From an uncultured virus (IMG/VR IMGVR_UViG_3300028833_000093) (Duplodnaviria > Heunggongvirae > Uroviricota > Caudoviricetes), in the IMG/VR virus record IMGVR_UViG_3300028833_000093: 64,000 nt of DNA. One strand, given 5' to 3'. Shown here piece by piece: positions 46,840 through 56,687 of this stretch (position 1 is its first letter; each line of letters opens with the position of its first letter). The notes under the pieces were generated by a model, which worked only from the letters and a program-made list of their open reading frames with translations, ran no database searches and was not told the origin of the DNA. The position numbers and the translations under genes were made by a program.

Positions 46840-47847
46840 ATGACCTACTCAATCGACCTCGCCACCATCGCAAAAAACTTCGGTAATGAAGGCAATATCA
46901 TCGGCTACGCCAACAAGTTCTACACACTCTGGTCTTATAAAATCACTGAGAACGTCGAGACTCACGAGCTCACCTTTGACGCTTACTTCATCAAGAACCT
47001 TGGTCTGGTTAACCGCTTCGCTGCGATTTACCCGTTCGACGAAGGTCTGAAAGGCAAAGAAATACATATTACTTCCGGTCGAGAAGGCACCGGTCTCCAA
47101 CTGACCAAGCTGGAGTTGAAGGCTCTGAAGTTCTCGCACTCTCCTTACCGTGGCGCTGTTATCGCTGAGTTCAACGATCTTGGAACTCTTTGTTGGAAGT
47201 TCAACTGCTGCATCGTCAAAAGAGGTATTGACGAAGCACAACGCAAAGCTGAATTGACCAATATGGTCAACCGGGCGATTGAACTCGGTGCCACCTACTA
47301 CGAAGACCGTCTCTATACACCCGAAGAGGTTGATACTACTCACTTCTCTTATAACCCCGACCGCAACACCGAAATCAACTGGTGCAACGACTGCAATCTG
47401 CTTTGCTGGAAATATAATAACAAAGACCGCTCTGTAAATACCGCTCGTCCGCAATTTGTAATTGACGGCGAACTGGCCAACATCAAAACTCGCGCTATTG
47501 AACTTGGCGCTGTTGAATACAACGGTCGTCTCTACTCGCCGGACAAACAGAAAGAAGACTGGTTCAAGACGATGATTTCCATCTCTTCAATGGTTGAGAA
47601 GAACGAACCTATCGTCACCACTCCGAACCGTAACATCTCTCCCGACGGCTACCTTTATCTCAACGGGATTTACTTCTACTTCGAGCACAAATACTACCCA
47701 GCTACCTATTACGGACCGGAACACTCCTTCCCGATTGATGAAAAGGGTAAAGCAAAACAGATCAAGAACCACTCCATTGAAATCACCAGCTACGAGAAGA
47801 CCAAAGATGATGAATACAAAGTACTAACCTGGAAATTTGTAAAATAA
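46840..47847 (+). CDS. hypothetical protein with an internal duplication and atypical codon usage
   Basis: LCWKxN...ELxNxxxRAIELGAxxYxxRLYxP occurs twice; start reassigned to the ATG at 46840. Confidence 0.8.
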   Translation: MTYSIDLATIAKNFGNEGNIIGYANKFYTLWSYKITENVETHELTFDAYFIKNLGLVNRFAAIYPFDEGLKGKEIHITSGREGTGLQLTKLELKALKFSHSPYRGAVIAEFNDLGTLCWKFNCCIVKRGIDEAQRKAELTNMVNRAIELGATYYEDRLYTPEEVDTTHFSYNPDRNTEINWCNDCNLLCWKYNNKDRSVNTARPQFVIDGELANIKTRAIELGAVEYNGRLYSPDKQKEDWFKTMISISSMVEKNEPIVTTPNRNISPDGYLYLNGIYFYFEHKYYPATYYGPEHSFPIDEKGKAKQIKNHSIEITSYEKTKDDEYKVLTWKFVK

Positions 47848-47852
47848 CCGAT

Positions 47853-48173
47853 ATGATTTTACCTGAAACTAACAAATATCTCGAAAAAGATAAATTCATT
47901 CAAGAACGATATGGTGAAAAAATATATAATTGTATAGAGGAAGTATGCAAATCTATAAATATGGATGCACAGATGCATCAGTGTATATGCTGTAAAGACA
48001 ACCGATATGAAGATTTGTACGAGATGTTTATTGAGAAGATTGAAACGTTCTTTCCTATTGGTGAAGATGTGCATGATCCGATGTTTTCATTATATAATGT
48101 AATGCATAGAACAGATTTTTATGAGATTTGGACAAACGATTTAATTAAACAATTAATACAACAAGAGCAATGA
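47853..48173 (+). CDS. hypothetical protein
   Basis: 106-aa ORF; ATGA overlap with the next gene. Confidence 0.65.
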   Translation: MILPETNKYLEKDKFIQERYGEKIYNCIEEVCKSINMDAQMHQCICCKDNRYEDLYEMFIEKIETFFPIGEDVHDPMFSLYNVMHRTDFYEIWTNDLIKQLIQQEQ

Positions 48174-48439
48174 AACTAGAAGGACTTACCGCATCAATCA
48201 CATTCGACCAGTTCTGTGGAACGGCGATGTGTGATTTGACCAACAAACAAAAAGTAGAGCTCGCCAAACGATGTGCATGTTATGGTAAGCTATTGGATAT
48301 GGGCTATGTAGAAGACTTGCTTGTGATGGCGGCAAAACTACGTCTTAAAGCAATCAAAAAGGACAGAGCATTGTATAACCGAAATCGTCCGTATTTCAAA
48401 GCACTAAAAACGATAGCGAAAGTAAAATGTGCAGAATGA
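48170..48439 (+). CDS. hypothetical protein
   Basis: 89-aa ORF. Confidence 0.65.
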   Translation: MKLEGLTASITFDQFCGTAMCDLTNKQKVELAKRCACYGKLLDMGYVEDLLVMAAKLRLKAIKKDRALYNRNRPYFKALKTIAKVKCAE

Positions 48440-48475
48440 TTTTATATATTGAATTGTAAAAAATGTAAGATCATT

Positions 48476-49042
48476 ATGCATCACACGTTAAAAGTATGGA
48501 AAGAAGAGTTAGATAAAGCTCTTGCAAAATTTTATTACACCCCCACTTGTGATTTCTGTCACAATAAGCTTTTTATGAGTTTAGATGAAGCAGAAATTGT
48601 TTTATTTGAGCCTAAAGAAGTAGAGTGTGAACATTATGAATTTGAACGCGATGATGAAGGAAATGTAAAGTCAGCAAAGATTGTAAAAGCAAAAGAAGTT
48701 CGTTCTTCAGATCCTAATAAAGATATTTTCAAATTTAAGTGTCCTTATTGTGGACACATTCAAGAGATTACTCGTAAAGAATTGTATGATTTGCGAGTGT
48801 CTTATTATGGAGATAACAATATAAGGTTCGCTCTTGATGACGTAGAAACCGAAAGAGCGCTGGCATTTATGAAAAAACATGCTCATAAAGAAGAATTAAA
48901 ATCACAAGGAAAACTTGCATTTACCACATTAGGTCAACAATTTACTTACGAGTTCACTCCAGGTGGGCTTGGTAGTGGGGTTGTGATTAAATGTAATATA
49001 TGTGGTGAAAGCGAGAATATTACAAATATAGATAATTGGTAG
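48476..49042 (+). CDS. zinc-finger protein
   Basis: CDFC, CPYC and CNIC; start reassigned to 48476, downstream of the promoter motif at 48445-48458. Confidence 0.7.
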   Translation: MHHTLKVWKEELDKALAKFYYTPTCDFCHNKLFMSLDEAEIVLFEPKEVECEHYEFERDDEGNVKSAKIVKAKEVRSSDPNKDIFKFKCPYCGHIQEITRKELYDLRVSYYGDNNIRFALDDVETERALAFMKKHAHKEELKSQGKLAFTTLGQQFTYEFTPGGLGSGVVIKCNICGESENITNIDNW

Positions 49043-49049
49043 TAAAAAT

Positions 49050-50150
49050 ATGAATATAATGTTAAGTTTAGACGAGATTGGTTTGTTGCCATCATCAAAA
49101 CCAACAAATATTGACACTAGGTCAAAAACAAATCCATTTATTAGTGATCCAACGAATGTACAATTTGAAAGCGATAGCAAACTGCCGGTATTTGTTTCAC
49201 CGATGACAAGCGTTCTGAATAAAGATAATTTGGAATACTTTGAGAAAGAAGGGTTCACTCCGATTATGCCACGAATTGGCAGCTTTGAGGATCGATTGGA
49301 ACTGTGCAAAACAAAATGGGTAGCATTCTCATTACAAGAGTTTATAGATATATGCGAGAGAGATTTAGCAAGTGAGCAAGAACATATGTATATTTTGGTA
49401 GATATTGCTAATGGTCATATCGGTAAATTATATACATACGCGCGTGAACTTAAACAAAAACACCCTGATACAGTCACATTGATGGTAGGCAATATTGCTC
49501 ATCCTTCATTGTATAAAGACTGCTGTGAAGCAGGTATTGACTATGTTCGTGTGGGTATTGGAGGCGGTTCTGTTTGTTCTACTTCTGTGCAATGTGGTGT
49601 TCATGCTTCGTTAGTTTGGATGATAGAAGAAATAAACAAACTTAAAAAGATAATTCCTAATCCACATACCAAAGTGATTGCTGATGGCGGTATTAACACA
49701 CTCGACCGGGCTATTAAATGCTTGGCACTTGGTTTCGATTATGTGATGATTGGACGTTTATTTGCTCAGGCAGCAGAAGCATGCGGCGAAGTACGTACAC
49801 ATATAAAAACACATAATGGAGAAGATATTTATGTGAATTACGATATTATCAATGTATATAAAGATTCAAGAATTTCGGGTGATTTCAAAGAGGCATACTT
49901 AGAGCGTAAGTATTATGGAATGGCATCCGAACAAGGTCAGGTAGATATCTCTGGTGGAGCCAATAAAAACCCAGAAGGTATCGAAACGTGGGTGAAGATT
50001 GAGTATCGCTTGGAAGAGTTCAAAAAGAAATTTGAGGCAGCACTTCGTAGTACAATGTCGTATGTAAACGCACATACATTAAAAGAATTACAAACTAATA
50101 CTGAATATGTTCCTATGAGCATATCAGAATTCAAATCATACTACAAATAA
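49050..50150 (+). CDS. IMP dehydrogenase / GMP reductase family protein
   Basis: SPM, DIANGH, VGIGGGSVCST, IADGGI, YYGMAS and LRSTMSY; no CBS insert. Confidence 0.88.
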   Translation: MNIMLSLDEIGLLPSSKPTNIDTRSKTNPFISDPTNVQFESDSKLPVFVSPMTSVLNKDNLEYFEKEGFTPIMPRIGSFEDRLELCKTKWVAFSLQEFIDICERDLASEQEHMYILVDIANGHIGKLYTYARELKQKHPDTVTLMVGNIAHPSLYKDCCEAGIDYVRVGIGGGSVCSTSVQCGVHASLVWMIEEINKLKKIIPNPHTKVIADGGINTLDRAIKCLALGFDYVMIGRLFAQAAEACGEVRTHIKTHNGEDIYVNYDIINVYKDSRISGDFKEAYLERKYYGMASEQGQVDISGGANKNPEGIETWVKIEYRLEEFKKKFEAALRSTMSYVNAHTLKELQTNTEYVPMSISEFKSYYK

Positions 50151-50152
50151 AT

Positions 50153-51235
50153 ATGAAAGAAGGAGTTATTTCAATCGGTTTGAAAGCACCGATGATTAGA
50201 CAGGGAGATGACCTTGTAAAGATTGTTGTAGATACCGTATTAGGTTATACAAAAAATCTTAAGAATAAAGATGTAATTGGTATTACCGAGTCTATTGTGG
50301 CTCGTGCTCAAGGCAATTATGTGACAATGAACGATATTGCACAATTCTTAGAAGAGCACAACTATGCGAAAATACTTAATTTGTACAATCCATTGATGTC
50401 ACGTAATCGTTTCTCGCTTATTCTTAAAGGTATTGCTCGTTATGCAGATGAGATTACGATTTGGTTTAATGGTGAAACTGATGACCAAGGTAATCCTAAT
50501 TATGGTATCAATCAATTCACTGGAGTAGATATTCAAGAGTATTATACTGAAATATGTGAGAAAGAGAATTGCAAACTCGAATTTAAGGACATTACAAAAC
50601 ATGGTATGTTTGTGATGGAAGCAAATAACCGGAAGCGTTATATTGATTGCTCAGTACGACCAAAGCGTGATGAGATAAATAATTCAACTCTCGCTGATAT
50701 ACTTTGTCGTCCTGTCACCCGAGAGGATGGAACACAGTCTGGTTATAACTCTCTTTGGGGTGTACTCGGTTCGAATAAGGCCGATGAAGAATTGTTGAAG
50801 CTATTCCCAAAACCGATAGAGTCAACTAATTTGGTATATGATATTCAAAGAGAGATTTTAGTACGTACTGGTAAAACTGTAGAAGTGATGATTTATGGAG
50901 ATGGTTGCTTCAAAGATCCGGTGGGTGGTATTTGGGAGTTCGCTGATCCAGAGACCGCTCCTGCATACACAGCCGGTCTAGAAGGATTACCTAATGAAAT
51001 CAAGATTAAGTATTTTGCGGATAGTAAATACAAAGATTTGTCTGGTGAAGCATTAGAAAAAGCAATTGATAAAGAGATTGCTCTTCATAAAAACAAGGAT
51101 TTGGTTGGTTCGATGGTATCACAAGGCACAACACCAAGACGATATATTGATTTGCTTGCTAGTTTAATGGATTTAACAACCGGATCTGGCAGTCGTAAAA
51201 CCCCTATTGTTCTCGTACGAAATTACTTCGACTAA
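50153..51235 (+). CDS. CofE-like (F420-0:gamma-glutamyl ligase family) protein
   Basis: APMIRQGDDL, DVIGITESIVARAQGN, YGDGCFKDP, GTTPR and DLTTGSG..TPIV. Confidence 0.8.
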   Translation: MKEGVISIGLKAPMIRQGDDLVKIVVDTVLGYTKNLKNKDVIGITESIVARAQGNYVTMNDIAQFLEEHNYAKILNLYNPLMSRNRFSLILKGIARYADEITIWFNGETDDQGNPNYGINQFTGVDIQEYYTEICEKENCKLEFKDITKHGMFVMEANNRKRYIDCSVRPKRDEINNSTLADILCRPVTREDGTQSGYNSLWGVLGSNKADEELLKLFPKPIESTNLVYDIQREILVRTGKTVEVMIYGDGCFKDPVGGIWEFADPETAPAYTAGLEGLPNEIKIKYFADSKYKDLSGEALEKAIDKEIALHKNKDLVGSMVSQGTTPRRYIDLLASLMDLTTGSGSRKTPIVLVRNYFD

Positions 51236-51236
51236 T

Positions 51237-51824
51237 ATGGCAAAACTATATTTCAGATACGGAACAATGAATTCCGGAAAATCAACACAGCTTATTGCAT
51301 TTGCCCATAATTTACAGGTACAAGGTATTCGTTATCATGTAATGAAGAGCGCAATAGACACAAGAGAGGGAGAACCTGTTATTTTTAGTCGTCCTATTGG
51401 CAAAATACCTTGCGAGTGGATCGCTCCTGATGATTTGGTTATTTTCGACCCAGATGCACTAGATGGAGCACCCATCCAATGGTTGCTTGTTGATGAAGCC
51501 CAGTTCTTAACATCTGAACAGGTGGACAGACTTGCTGAATTGGTTGATATGCATGACATCAATGTGATATGTTTTGGCTTACGTAACGATTTCAGAACCA
51601 AATTATTTGAAGGGTCAAAACGTCTTTTTGAGATAGCTGACTCTATCGCTGAAATCAAGTCTATATGTAAGTGCGGACGCAAGAACATTATTAACGCACG
51701 TATAGACAAGAACGGGAAAGCAATTCTAACAGGTCCAAAACTTCTTGTTGGAGCAGAAGATATTTATGCTGCGAAGTGTCGAAAATGTTATTATGAAGAT
51801 ATTGGAAAATATCCAAAATCATAA
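51237..51824 (+). CDS. tdk: thymidine kinase
   Basis: YGTMNSGKST, VDEAQF, GLRNDFR..LFEGS and Zn-binding CKCG...CRKC. Confidence 0.95.
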   Translation: MAKLYFRYGTMNSGKSTQLIAFAHNLQVQGIRYHVMKSAIDTREGEPVIFSRPIGKIPCEWIAPDDLVIFDPDALDGAPIQWLLVDEAQFLTSEQVDRLAELVDMHDINVICFGLRNDFRTKLFEGSKRLFEIADSIAEIKSICKCGRKNIINARIDKNGKAILTGPKLLVGAEDIYAAKCRKCYYEDIGKYPKS

Positions 51825-51921
51825 AATATATTGACAGTTCTATAGGTCAAAATAATAGTCGTACTTTTAATTTCAATTATTGGTACGATTATTATTTTTT
51901 TAAGTAATATAGTATATTTAT

Positions 51922-53820
51922 ATGGCACAAACAGATGGTGTTACAGGAATAACAAGACAAGAATCAAGTAGTATGCTCATCGGAGAAGGACACGACTTGT
52001 ATGAGGGTGCTTTACAAGATTATGGTCAACAGATTCCAGGTTTCAAACAAACGACAAATTTCAAACCAAAATACGCATCAGAACAACCAAAGAAAAAGAA
52101 AGGTTTAATTGCAAAGATATTCTCTAACTTATCTCGTTGGGGAATGGACTATGATGATGATATTGTAAAGAACCTGCGTGCAATTCCAGCAGATAAAAAC
52201 TTATTACCAAAACCGTTTCAGTTGGAAAACCAGGATTTATTCTCACAACTATCATCAAACTGGAAGGTAAAGCAGAACTCGGATAAGAATTTCTTCGAGA
52301 AAGACTTTCCAATCAAGCGTACTGCATTAAGAAATCTAGCAATACAACCTGAGTTAGAGGATATTCTCGACACTATGACCAACGAGTGTATCGTGTATGA
52401 CCCTAACTATGTATATATTGCAGAACCGTATATTGAACAAACAGATTTAGACGATTTTACAAAAGAAGTACAAGATAAAATCAATCGTTATGTAAATCAA
52501 GATTTTAAGAAATTATATCGTATGCTCAAATGGAGAACCAATGCATGGGATGATTTCAAACGCTTCTTGATTGAAGGAATTTTATCTTGGGAAATTGTAT
52601 TCGACTCTTTGGAAAAACCAACAAAGATTATCGGTTTAGTTCCAATCGACCCTGCTACGTTGACTAAGAAATATGATAATGGTAAATGGTATTGGGTACA
52701 GTATAAAGGTGTACAAGGAAAGGAACGTACACTATTAGATTCTCAAGTTGTATATATTGCTTTCCAAGAGACTAATGTTATACAGCGTCTTTCTTATTTG
52801 GAAAGATTGGTTCGTCCATTCAATATCTATCGTATTATTGAGCAAGCACAAATTATATGGACTGTAACTAACGCCCAATACAAAATGAAGTTCACTATTC
52901 CTACAAAGAATATGAACCGTGTATTGGCTCAACAAACTTTGATGTCGGCTATGAACCGATACAAAGAAGATATCAAATTTATTTCTGATACTGGTGAGCT
53001 TACTATCAATGGTCAAGTGAACATGCCATTCAATAAAGAGTATTGGATGCCGGATAATGAGAATGGTACACCAGAGATTGAGACAGTAAGTGGGGACGGT
53101 CCAGAGTTAAACGATAATGACCAATTGAAGTTCTTTAAGAATATTCTCTATAAGATTTCAAAAATTCCTTTGAACCGTTTTGACCAAGAATCTGGAGAGG
53201 CATGGTTCGGTACTGACGCATCCAGTTATGCTCGTTCAGAGATTGATTTTGGACGTTATGTAAACCGTTTACGTAACCCATTCTCACAAATTATATTGAA
53301 ACCATTACAAATCCAATTATGCCTAGATATGCCGGAGTTGGCAGATCAGAAAGAATTCTTGGATTGCATCCAATTACACTACAAATCATACAATCTATTT
53401 GAAGAGCTCATGGAAATGGAGCTTATGCAAAAACGAGTTGATTTTATTCGTGAGATGAAGGATGGTATGGTTGATATGGACCAAGAAGGTAATGAAATTA
53501 AATTCTGGTCATCTGAATTCTTGGTAAAGAAATACTTGCACTTATCAGACGCAGACCTTGCATTGAACAAAAAATTGAAACAAGAGGAGATTAAAGACCT
53601 TAATCTTGCTGGTGCAGATAACGGTGGTGAAGATGGTGGTATGGGTGGTTTTGAATCGTTGAGACCTGAAGATAGAAAGATGTTGTTAGAAATGCTTGAG
53701 TATGCGAAAAAACGCGCACAGGTGAACGAAGCAGAGGAAGATAAAGATAAAAAGAAAAAGAAGAAAACCAAGAAAGACGAAGAACAAGGTGAAGATACAA
53801 AACCAAAAGAGGAGGAATAA
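51922..53820 (+). CDS. portal protein (T4 gp20-like)
   Basis: R.LA..PE.E..LD...NE.IV, SYLERLVRPFN..RIIE, EYWMP....GTPEIET, KIPLNRF and RSEIDF motifs; late motif at 51889-51896. Confidence 0.9.
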   Translation: MAQTDGVTGITRQESSSMLIGEGHDLYEGALQDYGQQIPGFKQTTNFKPKYASEQPKKKKGLIAKIFSNLSRWGMDYDDDIVKNLRAIPADKNLLPKPFQLENQDLFSQLSSNWKVKQNSDKNFFEKDFPIKRTALRNLAIQPELEDILDTMTNECIVYDPNYVYIAEPYIEQTDLDDFTKEVQDKINRYVNQDFKKLYRMLKWRTNAWDDFKRFLIEGILSWEIVFDSLEKPTKIIGLVPIDPATLTKKYDNGKWYWVQYKGVQGKERTLLDSQVVYIAFQETNVIQRLSYLERLVRPFNIYRIIEQAQIIWTVTNAQYKMKFTIPTKNMNRVLAQQTLMSAMNRYKEDIKFISDTGELTINGQVNMPFNKEYWMPDNENGTPEIETVSGDGPELNDNDQLKFFKNILYKISKIPLNRFDQESGEAWFGTDASSYARSEIDFGRYVNRLRNPFSQIILKPLQIQLCLDMPELADQKEFLDCIQLHYKSYNLFEELMEMELMQKRVDFIREMKDGMVDMDQEGNEIKFWSSEFLVKKYLHLSDADLALNKKLKQEEIKDLNLAGADNGGEDGGMGGFESLRPEDRKMLLEMLEYAKKRAQVNEAEEDKDKKKKKKTKKDEEQGEDTKPKEEE

Positions 53821-53823
53821 AAA

Positions 53824-54807
53824 ATGATTTCACTTAGAGACAAAATAGTAAATGAAGGTATACTTGATAGTACAAGTTCAGGTAAAGCAGGATTAAAAAA
53901 GCAAGTAGAAAAATGGATTGCTGATAACGATATAAAAGGTGCAGTTATCAATCCAGACTGTTCTATCACAGTGGGTGGTGTACGAAATGGTCGTAATGTA
54001 GTAAAAGGAGCAATACCAGACTATATTGTAATCAATGATATTGACTATTTAATTGTTACAGAAACGGATTCTTTGAAAAATCTACCTAAACGTGCAATCA
54101 TGTTAAGCATTACCAATTCAACAATAAAGAATTTCAAAGAGGTAGATATAGATTCTTGTAAAATTTTTGAAGTTTCAAATTGTGATATAAAATCATTAGT
54201 CGGTCTTCCAGAGTGTGATGTATTATATATCGGTAATAACAAACAACATTTTTCCAAGAAAGAAGTAAGAAAGTTTGTTAAGACAAATCCAAATAACATA
54301 CACACATTAGGGTATTACAGTCTAACATATTACCACCCATTATTAGGTACAAATGATGCAGATTATTGTAAAGATGAACTTAATGAATTAGAGAAATTGT
54401 ATTTCAAAGCGATACCTGAATTAGATCATATAATATTCAGGGGAGCGAGTGTAGATAATTCAGCTATTTATATCACATTAGATTTCTTACCTTCATCCCA
54501 ACATTTTAATGGTATTGCTGAAAACAGTATATATCTCACTTTCGCATATGATATTGAAGACAGTTCACTAGAATATAGAAATTGCGGGCATCTCAATTTA
54601 ACCGAGAAAGATAAGGCAGGTAAATATAAATACTATGCTCTCAAAGGATTTACTGCTCCATACTATGATGCTGGTGGTAAGAAATTCCGTAAAACAAGAA
54701 TTGATGATTTTACAGCTGAAGCTGTTTATTCAAAGACAATAGATTGGATTAGAGCAGTAGTTGACGCAGCGCTCGAAGACCAAGGTGGAGTATTGAAAAG
54801 AAGATAA
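53824..54807 (+). CDS. putative internal head protein, SILxSTxSG family, with a short LRR-like stretch
   Basis: Leader MISLRDKIVNEGILDSTSSG. Confidence 0.7.
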   Translation: MISLRDKIVNEGILDSTSSGKAGLKKQVEKWIADNDIKGAVINPDCSITVGGVRNGRNVVKGAIPDYIVINDIDYLIVTETDSLKNLPKRAIMLSITNSTIKNFKEVDIDSCKIFEVSNCDIKSLVGLPECDVLYIGNNKQHFSKKEVRKFVKTNPNNIHTLGYYSLTYYHPLLGTNDADYCKDELNELEKLYFKAIPELDHIIFRGASVDNSAIYITLDFLPSSQHFNGIAENSIYLTFAYDIEDSSLEYRNCGHLNLTEKDKAGKYKYYALKGFTAPYYDAGGKKFRKTRIDDFTAEAVYSKTIDWIRAVVDAALEDQGGVLKRR

Positions 54808-54812
54808 AAACA

Positions 54813-55253
54813 ATGAAAAACCTTGCACAACAGATAATAGAGAATTATATGAGTACTAACCTGAATGTAAAGGTAAATTCTGAGGAAGACCCATTGAAAG
54901 CATATTATGAAAAATATGGTGAAAAATGGAATGAAACCCATGACCTTGATAATGAGATAGAAAGTTTATTGGATAAATCCAGAAAAACCTCAAATATAGG
55001 TCTTGCTGATGCCTGGGTTGTTACCGACGACCAAGGGGTTCCACCTAATTCTTATTATATCATAAAGTTGCACGGTGGATTAAATGGGTCCGGAAATTGG
55101 CGCAATTATTTGAAAGATATACAGAGTATTATTTCTTATTTTGATAAATTAAATCCCACTCATACAAGAGGAGCATATATAATCAAATTAGATGTTGATG
55201 TTCCGGACGATGTATGGACATTATATATAGGAATAAACCCTGAAAGTAAATGA
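54813..55253 (+). CDS. putative internal head protein
   Basis: Leader MKNLAQQIIEN. Confidence 0.65.
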   Translation: MKNLAQQIIENYMSTNLNVKVNSEEDPLKAYYEKYGEKWNETHDLDNEIESLLDKSRKTSNIGLADAWVVTDDQGVPPNSYYIIKLHGGLNGSGNWRNYLKDIQSIISYFDKLNPTHTRGAYIIKLDVDVPDDVWTLYIGINPESK

Positions 55254-55771
55254 TAAGTTTAGTTGAAAGCATATTGTCCAGTACTGGTTCGGGTAAGAAA
55301 GCAGCGATTTATAAAAGTCTTGCTAAATTACTAAAAGAGTACAAAGATGAAGGTAGTTTTGTATCTTCTTCCGATAAACAGGTAGTTTGTATTCCTAAAG
55401 AAGGTATGCCATATTTAGATGGTGTATTTCGTTTTCACTTCTACATGTACAACGATAAAGCACTAAAAAAGTGGTTAAAAAGCAACGGTTATAAATCAGC
55501 GATAAAAACTGATTTGAATTATGGAGTTGACTTATTTGGATTAGAAGACAACAAATACTATCAACCGGCCGAAGAGCATTTGAATATTTGGTATTTCATG
55601 TATATATTTAAGGTAGACAATACTGCCGTGTTTATTGAAAATGTAAAAGGTAAAGCAGGATTTTCTGAAGTATATGTGTTCGCTAAAGAAATCAATCCAA
55701 ACTCTACTTATGTAGAAGATTGGAAGACCGACAAGACATTTGTAAACATAGTAAAAAATGAATTAGGATAG
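55250..55771 (+). CDS. putative internal head protein, SILxSTxSG family
   Basis: Leader MISLVESILSSTGSG. Confidence 0.7.
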   Translation: MISLVESILSSTGSGKKAAIYKSLAKLLKEYKDEGSFVSSSDKQVVCIPKEGMPYLDGVFRFHFYMYNDKALKKWLKSNGYKSAIKTDLNYGVDLFGLEDNKYYQPAEEHLNIWYFMYIFKVDNTAVFIENVKGKAGFSEVYVFAKEINPNSTYVEDWKTDKTFVNIVKNELG

Positions 55772-55799
55772 GTTATTATTTATTAAAAAATAGTAAGAA

Positions 55800-56177
55800 A
55801 TGAAAGACTTAAGTGTACATATTAGTGAAGCTTTGTTAGTAGAAGCATTAAAATTTGATGTGGTTGCTGATGTTGAAACCAAAGACACAGATTATATAAA
55901 GGTCGATGCAATTGATAAAAACTACGATTTGATTGATGAAGTAGGTTTTGTTGCCATTAAAGACCTTGGTAATAAATTAGGTGATGAGAAAACATGGTTG
56001 CCTGATTTGGGTAAATATATCGGTAAAAATCATCATTTATCTAACACAGATCTTGTATCTGTACAATATTTTGATGAGAACGAAGGTGAGTGGATCCAAT
56101 TTGCAGGAGTTCGTCCAAATGGTAAAATTGAACTTTGGGATCCTGATGCATTAGAAGTAGAAAATCCTTTTAAGTAA
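55800..56177 (+). CDS. putative internal head protein
   Basis: Leader MKDLSVHISEALLVE; late motif at 55773-55780. Confidence 0.65.
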   Translation: MKDLSVHISEALLVEALKFDVVADVETKDTDYIKVDAIDKNYDLIDEVGFVAIKDLGNKLGDEKTWLPDLGKYIGKNHHLSNTDLVSVQYFDENEGEWIQFAGVRPNGKIELWDPDALEVENPFK

Positions 56178-56178
56178 T

Positions 56179-56589
56179 ATGAAAAATCTAGCAGAGTATA
56201 TTATTACAGAACAAGAGAATAAAAAGGAGTTCATGATTATCAAACCCGAATTTCTTGAGTATAGAAACGAAATTCTCGATTTCTTGAAAGATAATAAAAT
56301 TATACCTATACGAGAACTTCGCAAAACTCTCTCTTTATCTGAGGCAAAGAAGATATACAAAGTACATTCAAAAGAAGATTTTTACGAAGATTTGTGTAAA
56401 TATATGTCTTCCGGCGATTCAATCGGTTTTGTTCTTTGTAATTATGGCGACAAAGATATGTTGAAATTGAAAGATAAAATTCGAGAGAAGTACGGCAAAG
56501 ATGAAATGAGAAACGCAATACATTCATCAGACTCCGGGTTGAACGTGTATAGAGAATCAAAAATATACTTTGCGACCCCTACTATATAA
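56179..56589 (+). CDS. ndk: nucleoside diphosphate kinase
   Basis: MIIKP, H...DFYEDL..YMSSG, IR..YG and RNAIHSSDS; carries the leader MKNLAEYIITE. Confidence 0.9.
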   Translation: MKNLAEYIITEQENKKEFMIIKPEFLEYRNEILDFLKDNKIIPIRELRKTLSLSEAKKIYKVHSKEDFYEDLCKYMSSGDSIGFVLCNYGDKDMLKLKDKIREKYGKDEMRNAIHSSDSGLNVYRESKIYFATPTI

Positions 56590-56687
56590 AACTACGTATA
56601 ACCAAGTTTATTTGACGTATACTAAAATAAAATGCGCTGCTTAATAAAACTATTAGCAACGCATTTTTTATGTGTTAAAATCAATTT

